This document shows positions 13,015-27,154 of a stretch of DNA of 64,000 nt, one piece after another; the first letter of the stretch is position 1; each line of letters starts with the position of its first letter. Source of the DNA: Eledone cirrhosa. Its lineage: Eukaryota. The position numbers and the translations under genes were made by a program. Under the pieces are notes generated by a model, which had not been told where the DNA came from, made no database searches, and was given only the letters and a program-made list of their open reading frames with translations. The DNA lies in assembly GCA_964016885.1 (NCBI GenBank), contig OZ024757.1, positions 33,170,001 through 33,234,000 on the forward strand, read 5' to 3'.

Positions 13015-13490
13015 ATATATATATATGATATATATATGATTATGATGATATTTATACATTGTTTACTATACACCTTGTCATGTTTGACAAGTACAATGAA
13101 AATATATTAACATCATTATCAACATTTAATGTTTGCTCTTCCTGCTAGCAAGGGTTGGACGGGTCTACATAGGCCAAGCCAGGACTGAAGCGAGCTACTG
13201 ACCTCCCAGATAGGCCAAGGGGTTTGTATCCCACTTCATACAGTAATATTGAGTGCAGAGAAGTTGTGTGTTTTAACACAGACTGAAGGGTCCTCCCAAC
13301 CCCTTGTTTGGCAATCTTTCTATGGCTGGATGCTCTTCCTAACAACAACAACTTTACATTTGTAATGGCTGCTTTTATTGTGTAGATCACCAACACCAGG
13401 GAGGCTGTCATATCCTTGTCACAACTATATACCCACATATATATATACACACACATATATATATACATATATATATATATACATATATAC

Positions 13491-13523
<33 letters not shown>

Positions 13524-13674
13524 CACACACACACATGGATGCAACAAGGGATCAGTTACTGGACAGTCACTCAATACAATACCTACACTATTTTCTTAAG
13601 AATTGAGTACTAAGCTGAACAATGGCCATACTAGTCTAAACTGGTAACTCAAAATCTCCCTCTCTCTCCCTCTT

Positions 13675-13704
<30 letters not shown>

Positions 13705-13705
<1 letters not shown>

Positions 13706-14155
13706 TGTGAATGCGCATGGCTTTGTGGTTGCATTGGGCTTGCAATTGAAAAGTTGTGAGTTTAATTCTTGGACCGGGTGATGTGTTGTTTCCTTGAGCA
13801 AGACATTTTATTTCACATTGCTCCAGTTTACTCAGCTGTAGAAATGAGATGATAGGGGCTGGGGTCCCTATCATTCCACTTCAAAGTGGTCGTGGAGGTG
13901 CCACGGCAAAAAAGCACCCAGCCCACACTGTAAAGTGGTTGTGGAGGCGCCACGGAAAAAAAGCACCCAGCACTCACTGTAAATGAGGTTGGTGTAAGGA
14001 AGGGCATCCAGCTGTAGAAATCAAGCCAAAATCAGTTCCCGTATGAGCAAGACAAAGTCAGCTGACCGGACACTGCCCACAACAGGACAACCCGTCTAAC
14101 CCATGCTAGCGTGGAAGGACGGACATAAAACGGTGATGATGATGATGATGATATA
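13705..14155 (+). mobile_element. CORE-type SINE with RTE tail and (TGA)n
   Basis: Same family as 28035-28340, with two 48-bp internal units. Confidence 0.8.
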
Positions 14156-14496
14156 TATATATATTTGAGCCACTCTTTCCACATAAAACAGAAATAACTT
14201 TCAAACACCAACCAGATGCGAGAAAAACCACACACCCTCCATCTCAATTCTACTTTTGAAAGGCATAAGAACTGTGAAACAAATAAATTTTCTTAAAAAG
14301 ACTCCAGTTGCATTTTCGATTTCTTTTCCTTATACTTTCACTTGTGTAGGACATCTCGTTTCTTTATTAAAAAAAACCTCATTTTCTTATATATATATAT
14401 ATATATATATTGATGATGATGATATATATATATATGTACTTCGTTTTTAAATTTGTTTGGCAAGCTTTCTTATCTGAAAATGTGTATGGAAACAGA

Positions 14497-14815
14497 TATT
14501 GTTATACTTTGGGAGGGTCATGCTGCCAATAAAAACACACCTGTTGGTTTTCACTTCAATTTATTATAAATTTCCAGTAGGTTGGTTCGATAACAAGATG
14601 GTGTAGGACAGAACAAAGGAGAGACAGAAAATAAAAACCCAGTCACTGAGGAGGTCACAGTATGTGTGACGAAAGAGCTTTGATAATATATAAACAACCT
14701 TTCGGTTATCGAATCAACCAACCAACCAACCGGAAATATATAATAAATTGAAGTGAAAACCAACAGATGCATGTGTTTTTATTGGCAGCATGACCCTCCC
14801 AAAATATAACAATAT
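14497..14815. repeat. Imperfect inverted repeat (~100-bp arms) with a hammerhead in the spacer
   Basis: gggagggtcatgctgccaataaaaacac pairs with gtgtttttattggcagcatgaccctccc, and ctgttggttttcacttcaatttatta also recurs as its reverse complement. Confidence 0.85.
14643..14683 (+). ncRNA. Minimal type I hammerhead motif
   Basis: TCA-CTGAGGA-G-GTCAC(AGTATGT)GTGAC-GAAA-GAGCTT-TGA. Confidence 0.7.
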
Positions 14816-14993
14816 ATATATATATCAAAATAAGAGTCATATATCATAAGATCAATAGTGGTTGGTTCTTAAAAGTCTTGCTTTCTCCGCCAAATATTTC
14901 TGCTTATATTTATATAATGTGTGTATGTATATATATATATATGTACAATGATATTAAATAAATGGAAACTATATTTATAAAACCATATTTATT

Positions 14994-15038
14994 TTTCAAG
15001 GGTACCAAGACACATTGGTACGCTTTCATCAGATAAAA
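14994..15038 (-). ncRNA. Hammerhead motif with stem III deleted or decayed
   Basis: TTTTAT-CTGATGA-AAGCGTACCAA..TTGGTACCCTT-GAAA, with no intact stem III. Confidence 0.45.
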
Positions 15039-15337
15039 TACAAAGTTTGTTTTATAAATAGAGACATACCCATGAAAATCATACCTTATTGGTTGGAAAT
15101 TCACTGGATAGTCATTTAATATCATTGAATATTTACTCCAGAAACTTGTTGAGTGCTCTAAATCAGTTATAAATATTTATATTTGTCGGACTTCCTACAA
15201 ATTAAATACCCCTTCTAATTACATATATATATATATATATATAAATATATATATATAAATAGGATTTCGCGTTATACAAATATGTATAGAAATTTTGTAT
15301 TTCTAAAGAAACACGGTTTTAGGAAGCTGTAGCTGTG

Positions 15338-15357
15338 CTAACGCCCTCTGGCGGTCT
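15338..15357 (-). promoter_or_regulatory. Candidate CTCF-binding motif
   Basis: The minus strand reads AGACCGCCAGAGGGCGTTAG. Confidence 0.4.
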
Positions 15358-15895
15358 CCAGCAGAAGCAAGGGGGACAACCGTATATATATATATATATA
15401 CTACTTCTTCTTCACCCACTTATTCCTGAGAGGGTCGTGGGGGCAGAGTCCTCAAACACTCCTTCCAGCAGGTCCTGTCAGAAGCAAGTGTCTCCATATA
15501 TATATATGTTGTTTTGACGGGTAACCACAGTTAAAAAAGATACTCAACATATTGGTAGAGCAAGGCAGCTTTATTATATATAGAAATGACTTCTACAGGA
15601 CTAGAACTGTTTCATTTGTATGAAATCACCCGGAATATAAATATACATATATACAATCATTATCATATTTATACAGGCTTCCCCCAGATACTCTATAAAT
15701 TACTGGTATTAATTTACCCCACCCCATGCCAAATGTGGGGGGGGGGGGGGTAAAGTGTATTATATCAGGAATGATTCTGATATATCATCACACTGGAGTC
15801 TTTCTAAATATTTTTTTATAGATAACAGCACCACTGGTGCTTAGAATGTGTGCATATGTTTACATACATAAAAATATATGTATGTATATATGTTT

Positions 15896-15937
<42 letters not shown>

Positions 15938-16509
15938 ATTGGGTTATCAATCTCATACAATTATTTATGTACCACACACACACACACACATATATATATG
16001 TGTGTATATATAGTGTCTGTATATATATATATATATATATATATAATAAATATATTATGGGAAAAACAACATAAAATGATGATGATATATAAATATATAT
16101 TCATGTTTATATATATATATATATATATAGGGAAAATAGGGTTTGAAAAATGCAATGACTGACCTTTTGGCTATTTAGAGGGTTTCTGTATTAATGTGCC
16201 ATGTGATGATTATTTATATATTTATGTTTACCTTTACTGGTTTCAGCTGTGTTTACAGTCTTTTTAAAAGGATATTCGATGCAGTCTTTCAAAAAATGTT
16301 TTTCATTTATGTTTATCTCACATGGTTAGCCACTTATGTTCTTGATGAACACAAGGGACATACTATATATAATATATATAGTCTCAGACTCTGACAACCT
16401 GTCCAACCCAAGTCTGGAAAGCAGATGTAAAATGATCATGCTGATTGACACATTATATATATACACACACACCTATATATATACATATATATATAGAGAG
16501 AGAGAGATG

Positions 16510-16748
16510 TACAAATACAATGTACAAATAGATGTTCATAAGGGCTCAGTCCTTAGTCGACTTCTCTTTATTATAATTCTCCAGGCCATAACAGAGGAGT
16601 TTAAGACTGGCTGTCCATGGGAACTTCTTTATGCTGATGACCTGGTTCTTATAGATGAATGAGTGGAAGAGCTAAAGAAGAAACTCCTACTATGGAAATA
16701 GAATCAAAAGGATTCAATAAACTTAACAAAGATCAAAGTTTACTAAGT
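16510..16748 (+). mobile_element. Decayed RTE RT fragment (YADD region)
   Basis: VHKGSVLSRLLFIIILQAITEEFKTGCPWELLYADDLVLI followed by a stop. Confidence 0.85.
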
Positions 16749-16767
16749 AGAAAAGAAGACAGGACTG

Positions 16768-17040
16768 TCTGGGTATTTAACATCTAGGATAGCCCTACAA
16801 TGTGTACCTGTGTATTTAACACACTAGGTTAGCTCTACAATATGCATCTGAATATTCAACACTCTAGGCTAGCTCTACAATGTGCATCTGGGTATTTGGT
16901 AACCAAGGCTAGCTCTACAATGTGTTTCTGGGTATTTAGTACCCCAAACTAGCTCTATAATGTATGTCTGGGTATTTAGCACCCTAAGTTAGCCATACAA
17001 TGTGTTCCTGAGTATTTAACATTTAACACCCTAGGTATTT
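16768..17040. repeat. ~39-bp minisatellite
   Basis: Unit ctacaatgtgtatctgggtatttaacactctaggctagct, about 6 copies. Confidence 0.8.
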
Positions 17041-18249
17041 TGAGAGTATGTAAAATTCTTGGCATTAGGTGGAATAACTTCATCACCAACAAAGAATCCA
17101 TCACTGAATCCACCAACAATGTGTGTCTAACATCATGGGCAAGTGTTAACTTGGCTGGTTGGGACATGACTCCTAAATGAGAGACATACTAATCAGCTCC
17201 TGTATTGGTATGCCACCACCACCACCATGGATAGAGGCAAAGAAGACATCCCAAGATGAACTGTTGGAAGATAATCAACAGGGTCCTGCAACCCAGCAAC
17301 AAAAGTTGGAACAATGTATTGATAGATGCAACTGACCGTTGTCATTGGAACACTTTGGCTGCCTCATGTATCTCAAGACGCGGGGAAATTCTAAGTATGT
17401 ATATATATATATATGTGTGTGTGTGCATGTGGTTGTGCATATGTATGTGTGTGCATGTGGTTGTGCATATATATATATGTGTGTATGTGTGTGTGTGGTG
17501 TGTGTGTGTGTATATATATCATCGTCATCAGCAGCATTTTTACGTCTACTTTTCCATGCTTGCATGGGTCTTAATGGATCCTTTTCAGCGTAGAATCTCT
17601 CCACTCATCACATTCCCTTGTCATATATATACAGGGTGTCCCAAAAAATGTATACACACTTCAACAGTATTCTAATAAATACTGCCTGACAAGTAATGAA
17701 AGTGTGTACACATATTATTTTTGGGACACCCTGTATATATATATATATATAGATATATATATATCATCATCATCATTTCATCATTTCATTTTACGTCCGC
17801 TTTTTCCCTGCTTGCAAGGGAGGGACGGGAACTGATTCTGGCTTAATTTCTACAGCTGGATGCCCTTCCTAACACCAACCTCATTTACAGTGAGTGCTGG
17901 GTGCTTTTTTTTCATTGGCACCTACACGTCCACTTTACAGTGTGGGCTGGGTGATTTTTTGCCGTGGCACCTCCACGACCACTTTGCAGTGGAATGATAT
18001 GGACCCCAGTCCCTATCATCTCATTTCTACAGCTGAGTAAACTGGAGCAATGTGAAATAAAGTGTCTTGCTCAAGGAAACAACACATCACCCGGTAGATA
18101 TATATATATATAAAAAGTAAGTATGTTTTGAAACAGTGAGCAGGTTTAAAATTAGAAAATAGAATAGTTTTCACCGTATTTTTGACTAAGGAAATTTTAG
18201 CCTGATAATGGGGTTTAGAACCCTCAGATAAATAGAAAAAGATGAGTAT

Positions 18250-18321
18250 TGACGTACATGGAAATCGAACCCACATCTTTGGTTATCCAGACCACTGTGC
18301 TACCATTACACCAACACATCA
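18250..18321 (-). pseudogene. 72-nt tRNA-like sequence, probably a pseudogene or SINE head, with GGA at the anticodon position
   Basis: Acceptor TGATGTG/TACGTCA, D arm GTG-TAATGGTAG-CAC, anticodon arm TGGT-CTGGATA-ACCA, T arm GTGGG-TTCGATT-TCCAT, and a T5 run just downstream. Confidence 0.6.
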
Positions 18322-18385
18322 CCCATCTCCTTCCATTCAAATTAGAAGCTACATTCTTAGCGAGTATAAATGACAAGTAAGTATG

Positions 18386-18416
<31 letters not shown>

Positions 18417-18464
18417 ATGTGTGTGTGTATGTGTGTGTGAGTGTGTGCGCCTGTGTGTGTGTGA

Positions 18465-18504
<40 letters not shown>

Positions 18505-18723
18505 TCATCATCATCATCACCGTTTTACGTCCGTTCTTCCACGCTAGCATGGGTTAGACGGGTTGTCCTGTTGTGGGCAGTGTCTGGTCGGCTGACCATG
18601 CCTTGCTCATACAGGAACTGATCTGGCTTGATTTCTACAGCTGGATGCCCTTCCTAACACCAACCTCATTTACAGTGAGTGCTGGGTGCTTTTTCGTGGC
18701 GCCTACACGTCCACTTTACAGTG

Positions 18724-18754
<31 letters not shown>

Positions 18755-19121
18755 GTATATATATATATGTATGTATGTATATGCATATATATATATGTAC
18801 ACAAACAGACATAAGTAAATATATATATATAAAAAAACGTATCAAAGCAATATTCTATGTTTGAGACGTGATGCATCTTACTAATCTGCTTCACACTGTA
18901 CGTGCATAGAATAGTGCAACTGCTGCTGCAGTATTGTATTATTGGCCTGTTGTATTGTATTGCTGTTTTATTTGTGCTTGGAGTTCAGACAAAAGCTGCT
19001 AATGGCTTGCAATCTCACTGCACAGATCAGATCAAATAGCAAAGGATCAAGATTCCAATAGTAATATATTGCAAAGATCAAACTGTTTATGTATGTGTGT
19101 CTGTGATATGGTATATATATT

Positions 19122-19161
<40 letters not shown>

Positions 19162-19673
19162 TATACATATTCACTCACACACACATATATATTTATGTAT
19201 ATACACACACATATATTTATGTATACACACACACACACACATATACATACACACACACACACACACATATAGACATATATACACACACACATATATATAT
19301 ACAAATACACACACACAGACACACATATATATACATATACACACACACACACATATATATATATTTATATATATATACATACATATACTATAAATTATGT
19401 CCATAGAATCATTTGATAAAATATATACACCATCTCCTCTCCCAATTAGCATAATCAACCAGACAAAAAACCAATTAAACCAGGCTATAAGATTAAAAGG
19501 CACCTATGAAGAAATAATAGATAAATAAACGACACTCATCTATTCGCGATCAACAGCTATAGAATATTTACCCAGCATTTCAATAGCACGTGGAAATCAA
19601 TTAAATATATCGTCAACCATACACAATTAGGTATAAAATTAAAGTTAGAAGAAAAAAATGCATATACACCAGG

Positions 19674-19718
<45 letters not shown>

Positions 19719-20154
19719 TGTGTGATATGGTGGTGTATGATATGGTGGTGTTATGTATGAAGTAGTGGAGTACGGTGTGGTGTGGTGTGTGCATATGTAG
19801 CCTATCTGAATGTGTGCTTGTATAAATATATATACACACACACACAACATATACACACACACACACATACATACATAACTACAAGATATAAGTGACAGGT
19901 TTATAAGCTCCTCGGTTACATATTTCCTCATGGTTGTTTAGATGAGAAACCCAACAAGGCTTGAAAATTGCTTCAAGTATTTTAGCATTTGTTTTCAATT
20001 TACAAGGAAATATGTATATTTGTCATGTTTACATGTCGATACACTATAAACCTGTAAATTTGTATACACATTTAAGCAATCTTTGTTATCTCTATTCTGT
20101 GTATATACAGATATAACTTTATCGCAAACACTCACACACGCATACATAAATATA

Positions 20155-20527
20155 ATAATTGTTTCTACTTTAGGCACAAGGCCAGAAATTACCCAGTGCA
20201 TTACTGGTACTTTATTTTATCGACCCCGTAAGGATGAAAGGCAAAGTCAACCTCGGCAGGATTTGAACTCAGATCGTAAAGGGACGTAACTATGCTGGAA
20301 AGCATGGCGTCCGACCCTCTACCGATACTGCCAATCTACCGCCATTGGCAGTATTGGTAGAGTGTCGGATGCCATGCTTTGGCGCATAAAGTTACAGCCC
20401 TTGCCATTCTGAGTTCAAATCCCGCCGAGGTTAACTTTGCCTTTCATCCTTACGGGGTCGATAAAATAAAGTACCAGTAATACACTGGGTAATTGCTGGC
20501 CTTGTGCCTAACGTAGAAACAATTATA
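20155..20527. mobile_element. Two SINEs head to head, forming a hairpin with ~180-bp arms
   Basis: The minus copy at 20155-20344 directly abuts the plus copy at 20345-20527. Confidence 0.85.
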
Positions 20528-20635
20528 ATAATACATAAATATAATACATAATAAATATATATATATATAATTATGTATTATATATATATATAAATATATA
20601 TATATATAAAAATATAGATATATATCTATATTTAT

Positions 20636-21005
20636 ATGGAGAAAAAGCTAGAAGGGGCATACACACGTATGTTCCGTGCTGCTTTAAACGTGTCTTGGAG
20701 GGAACAGCCAACAAATAAGGATCTCTATGGCAATATACCACCTATCAGCAGGTCAATACGTGGACAGAGACTCAGATTTGCTGGCCATTGTTGGTGCAGC
20801 AAGGAAGAAATAGCAGGTGATGTGTTGTTATGGAGTCCATCTCATGGAGCAAGAAACGCTGGTCGTCCCAAGAAGACATATGTCAAGCAACTTGAGGACG
20901 ATACTGGATGCACTGCGGAAGAACTGGCAAACGCTATGAGAGACAGAGATGGATGGAGGAAACGTGTCGTAGAAAGCCGAGCAAGCTCGACCTGATGATG
21001 AATGA
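20636..21005 (+). mobile_element. 5'-truncated RTE-like LINE (third family), C-terminal 119 aa intact, (TGA) tail
   Basis: ..AYTRMFRAALNVSW..RLRFAGHCW..GRPKKTYV..DRDGWRKRV*. The 5' end abuts a TA-rich tract. Confidence 0.88.
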
Positions 21006-21702
21006 TATATAAATGCATGTACACATACATAAGTATATAATTGTCAAAATCATCATCATAAACATAAGTGTCAACACCACCACACCATCATCATCAACAC
21101 CACAACCACCATCATCGTCACCACCTCCATCATCAACATCACCACCATCACTATCATCATCATCATTATCAACATCATCATCACCACCACCATCATCACC
21201 TATCACCATCATCACCATCACCATCACCACCACCCTCATCATCACCATCACCAACATCAGCAGCCACAACATAGGTAGCTATTGAGTTTGTCTGAATGCA
21301 GATCAGGTTACAACAAACAATGCCACCTAAGTGGAGTGGAGTGCAGGGGTGAGTGGGGGAGGGGTGAGCGGAGGGGGTGAGTGGAGGGGAAGTTGAGTGG
21401 AGAGAAACAACAGCAGCAATAGCAACAACTACAGACAACAATAAGCACACACATATACATACACACATATACATACATACACACACATATCCATACACAC
21501 ATATACATACACACATATATATATATACACTCATACATACACACATATTTACATACACATATATACAAACACATATATACATACATTTGCATACACATGC
21601 ATACATACATATATACACATATATACATACAAATACATACACATATTCATACATACATAAATACATATATACACAGATGCACGCACACACACACAAACAT
21701 GG

Positions 21703-21751
<49 letters not shown>

Positions 21752-22039
21752 TAATAAGAGACTCGGCACTGTAGTAATCTATATCACAGATAGAGGGGGG
21801 TGATAGAAGGGGTGGGAGAGAAATATAGGTAGGGAGAATGTGTATGCCTCTCCCCTACCCCTTATCTTTAGCCTGGGGGGGTGATTGTGTGTGAATAATT
21901 ACAGGTGTAAACTTGCAAGTAAGGGAACTGTCTCTCTGACCTACACCTGTAATATCTCTACTATGACCACCTTTCACCATCACCATCATCATCATCATCA
22001 TCCCACTAACTTCTCATATATCACACACACACACACACA

Positions 22040-24150
22040 CACACAGCCAGCACCAACATCACCACCACCACATACCAACACCACCACTATCACCACTACC
22101 ACCAACACTACCTACACCAACAACATCACATACCACTACCACCACCACCAACACTACCACCACTAGCAACACCAACACCACCAACAACATCACATACCAC
22201 TACCAACACCACCACCAACAACAACACTAGCAACACCAACACCACCACCAACATCACATACCACTACCAACACCAACATCACATACCACTACCAACACCA
22301 CCACCAACAACACCGCTACCAACACCACCAACAACACCACATGCCATTACTGACACAGTCACTACACTACCACCACCACCAACACTACCAACACTACCAC
22401 TACCAACACTACCACTACCAACACACCATCACCAACAACACCACATACCACTACTGACACAATCACTACCACCACCACCATCACCAACAACACCACATAC
22501 CACTACCGACACAATCACTACCACCACCACCACCACTATCAACACTACCAACACCACCACTACCAATACAATCACTACCACCACCGCCAACATCAACACA
22601 TATCATCACCACCACAACACACACACTACCACTAACAACAACACTACCACCAATACATACAACTAACGTGACCACCAACACCACCACCAACACTATCAAC
22701 ATAATCACTACCACCAACACCAACACAACCATCATCACCTCCACCATCAGCACTACCAACACCACCATATACCACTACCACCTCTACCACATATCATCAC
22801 CTCCACCATCAACACTACCAACACCACCATATACCACTACCACCTCCACCACATATCATCACCTCCACCATCAACACTACCAACACCACCATATACCACT
22901 ACCACCTCCACCACATATCATCACCTCCACCATCAACACTACCAACACCACCATATACCACTACCACCTCCACCACATATCATCACCTCCACCATCAACA
23001 CTACCAACACCACCATATACCACTACCACCTCCACCACATATCATCACCTCCACCATCAACACTACCAACACCACCATATACCACTACCACCTCCACCAC
23101 ATATCATCACCTCCACCATCAACACTACCAACACCACCATATACCACTACCACCTCTACCACATATCATCACCTCCACCATCAACACTACCAACACCACC
23201 ATATACCACTACCACCTCCACCACATATCATCACCTCCACCATCAACACTACCAACACCACCATATACCACTACCACCTCCACCACATATCATCAGCACC
23301 ACCATCAGCACTACCAACACAATCACTACCATCACCACCACACACTTCTTACACCACCAGCACTACCAACGCCACTACAATCTCCACCATATATCATCAC
23401 CACCACAAAGCACTCACACATACCAATACCACCACCACCATCACCACTTACCACCATTAACACCACAACCACCACCACCATCATCACCGCCACCACCCCC
23501 AACAACACCGCAACCACCACCATCATCGCCAGCACCGCTACCATTAACACCACAACCACCACCACCATCATCACCGCCACCACCCCCAACAACACCGCAA
23601 CCACCACCATCATCGCCAGCACCGCTACCATTAACACCACAACCACCACCACCATCATCACCGCCACCACCCCCAACAACACCGCAACCACCACCATCAT
23701 CGCCAGCACCGCTACCATTAACACCACAACCAGCACCACCATCATCACCGCCACCACCCCCAACAACACCGCAACCTCCACCATCATCACCCCCCCCAAC
23801 CCCAACAACACCGCAACCTCCACCATCATCACCCCCCCCACCAACCCCAACAACACCGCAACCACCACCATCATCACCAACACCACTACCATTAACACCA
23901 CAACCACCACCACCATCATCACCACTTACCGCCATCAACAACGCAACCACCTCCACCATCATCACCCCCACAACTTCCAACAACACCGCAACCACCACCA
24001 TCATCACCAACACCACTACCATTAACACCACAACCACAACCACCATAATCACCACTTACCGCCATCAACACCGCAACCACCTCCACCTCCACCATCACCA
24101 CCGCCACCGCCACCCACAACACCGCAACCACCCCTACATACCCGCCATCA
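22040..24150. repeat. CAC-rich low-complexity block with higher-order 62-bp (22730-23300) and 87-bp (23455-23760) tandem units
   Basis: The periodicity is visible directly. Confidence 0.9.
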
Positions 24151-24159
24151 GCACTATAT

Positions 24160-24950
24160 ATCTCATATTAGGTTTCTTGGGTGTTTTAATGATAGAGATC
24201 CCAGTCCTATCATGTTGCTATTGTTACAACTCACACCTATGCATGTTTAGCTGGCCTCATATGAGGTTGCATCTAATAGGTTTCTCAGGTGTTTTAATGT
24301 TAGTGCTCCACCCCCAACTCCCAATCCTGTCATACATACACGTGTGTGTGTGTGTTTAGTTGGCCTCCTATGAGATATAATCTCATAGGAGGCCAACTTT
24401 TTTTAATGATGGGGGCCTCAATCTTATCATAAAAACACACACATACGTATGATATAGCTATCTCACACCTATGTGGGGTTTATCTGACCACCTGCGAAGT
24501 TGTATCTCATAGGAGGATTCATATACATGTGTATGTTGCTCACCTATGCAGTTTTTCTGGCACTTTCTATGATGTTGCAACTTATCAGAGGTTTCTCAAG
24601 TGCTTTAATAATAGAGGGTCCCAGTCCTATCATTCACACACATGTATGTTGTTACAGCTAATACTTATGCAGTTTTAGCAGATCTCATATGAAGTTGTAT
24701 CTCAGGAGGATTCTTGGGTGTTTTAATGATAGGGGCCCCAGTCCTATTATGTAGATATTGTTACAACTCTCACTCATGCAGGTTTAGCTGGTCTCCTATG
24801 AGGTTGTATCTCAGGAGGATTCCTGGGTGTTTTAATGATAGGGGCCCCAGTCTTATTATGTTGATATTGTTACAGCTCTCACTCATGCAGCTTTAGCTGG
24901 TCCCTTATGAGGTTGTATTTCATAAGAGGTTTCTTTGGTGTTTTAACAAT
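24160..24950. repeat. Degenerate ~120-bp tandem repeat
   Basis: Recurrent gtgttttaatgataggggccccagtc..gttac..ttagctgg..atgaggttgtatctca. Confidence 0.7.
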
Positions 24951-25190
24951 AGATGTTGTTGTCATATCATGAAATGCAATGTGAAATGAAGTGTCTTGCT
25001 CAAGAATACAAGAACACAACACCTCACCTGGTTCAAGAATTGAACCCACAGCCTTATGGCTGTGAAAACACTCAAACCACTAAGCCACACACATTCAGGG
25101 ATTTTGAAGTAAAAAACAACAAATGAAAAGAAACAAAAAACTCAATCTATATATTTAATTTGAGCGACTTCCTTCCGTCCGTCACACAAT

Positions 25191-25253
<63 letters not shown>

Positions 25254-26141
25254 TGTGTGTGCGTACGTGTGCATGTGCATGTGTGTGTGTTTGTGTGAAT
25301 GTATGTGTGTGTAAAAGGAAGGAAGGGGATGGTGAAAAAACTATAGCTAAACAGCGGCCGGCGTTCCATTTGATATGCTGTGTGTGAGTGTATGTGTTTG
25401 TGTGAATGTATCAGTGTGTTTGTGTGAATGTATGTGTATTTGTGTGAATGTATGTCTGTGAGTGTGTATTTTTGTAAGTGTGTCTATGTTTTCGCGTTTA
25501 TATTTATATACTCAGGGATATAAATATATGCATATGCACATACACACATGCACACACATATGCGTCAGGATGTTGAAAATAATCCTAGTTAACTTAAACA
25601 TCTTGAACTAACTACATTATATAATTATTAACACCCACCCAACCCACCCTGGCCCAAATTTTTTTTAATAACAAAATATATTGATTCTTTGAAACAATTT
25701 AACCATTTTTATACCAAACCACCCAAAACCACCCCTGGTTCTATGATAATCTTTTTTATAACCCCTTCATGACTGGATTGCTAATGAAGTATACTCTATT
25801 TCAATTATTTAATGATGAATTTTTTAGGGATTTACTAAAATTATTAATTATTTCATTACTAAGACAGTAACTTAACATGGTTCTTATAAAAGATTATGTT
25901 GGAAAGTCTTAATTTAAATAGGAACCATTTAGAGAAGGTTTTGAACAGGTTGATATAAAAAAAAAAAATTATGAAGAATTTTGAGGGATTCACTAAAATT
26001 ATTCATTATTATATTACTAAGACAGTAACTTAAGATGGTTCTTATATAAAATTATGTTGGAAAGTCTTAATGTAAATAAGAATTCTTTAATATGGGTGGT
26101 TTTGTTTCATAGAGACAGAGTCAATTTTGGCCAGGTTGATA

Positions 26142-26630
26142 TTAGCATTTACATTACTCTATATATACTATTGTATTTTTGTGGTAAAGGCTTTACCTTA
26201 CATAATATCGAATCTATGAGATTTTGATATTATTTATTTTGAGAATAATACCTTAACATCAGTATTAGCAGCCAGTTACAGCCAGTTTGAACAGAAAGAG
26301 GTGAGAGAATTCTGGCTGGATGTAGCCGGTTTAAATACTAAAGGGTTAAAGTTTGTAAGAAAGGAAGAATAGATGTAAAAACAACAGCTTTCATAAAAAA
26401 TAAAAGCATGTTAAACTCTTTAGCATTAAAACCAGCCATATCCGGCCAGAATTCTCTCACCTCTTTCTGTTCAAACTGGCTGTAACCAGCCACTCATACT
26501 GATGTTAAGGTATTGTTCTCAAACTAAATAATATCAAAATCTAATAGATTCAATATTATGTGAGATAATTATGTGAAGTAAAGCCTTTACTATGAAAATA
26601 CAATAGTTTATATAGAGTAATGCAAATATA
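26142..26630. mobile_element. Two piggyBac-type MITE copies in inverted orientation (26142-26350 and 26410-26630)
   Basis: Same internal sequence as 9810-10138, with a terminal AAAGGG|TTAA. Confidence 0.75.
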
Positions 26631-27154
26631 GAGTAATACCAAACCACTTGAAATCACTGCTGATTCTACGAAACGAAACTGTTTATTTTAATGTGTTTAT
26701 ATTTACATTAAAAATACATTCCATTATAAGTTCATGTAAAAACCTTTTTGTTAAGTTGTATTCTAAACACCAGATGATGAGAAAGTTAGTAATATTACTA
26801 ACAGCTGAAGAGACCCCCACCACCACCACCACCACCACTGTTTGGCAAGTTTGTTTTACATCTGGATGCCCTTCCTATTACCTACTATTTCACACATACT
26901 TTATCAAAACAAAAATAATGAGATTTGCATGATGTTTTGTCAAGAACTTTTCCAAGTACTGTTGGATAAAACTCAACAGAGCCAATATATCTGTAATTAT
27001 CATTCATTCATCTTGATCAGTTTTATATATAAAAACATACTTCACGAAGAGCGAGCCAACTTCACCTTCATGCTTTGGTCACTGGGAATGTATTTGTTAT
27101 AATGCTTTGCAAATGTGGGCAATTACAAACCATGGAGCACCTTCTAGTTTGCCC

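Noticed and set aside
15590-15640. Hammerhead-like CGGGTGA..GAAAC on the minus strand
   Set aside because: The core has two substitutions and the stems are weak.
21898-21953. 12-bp inverted repeat with paired CAGGTG/CACCTG E-boxes
   Set aside because: The stem is too short for a pre-miRNA, and a regulatory role cannot be supported from sequence alone.
22668-24359. 563-aa Pro/Thr/His-rich ORF resembling a mucin or extensin
   Set aside because: It is a read-through of CAC-rich tandem repeats with a 62-bp period that cycles through frames, and I see no splice or domain evidence. The same applies to the other poly-V, poly-T, poly-YI and poly-HT ORFs in the track.
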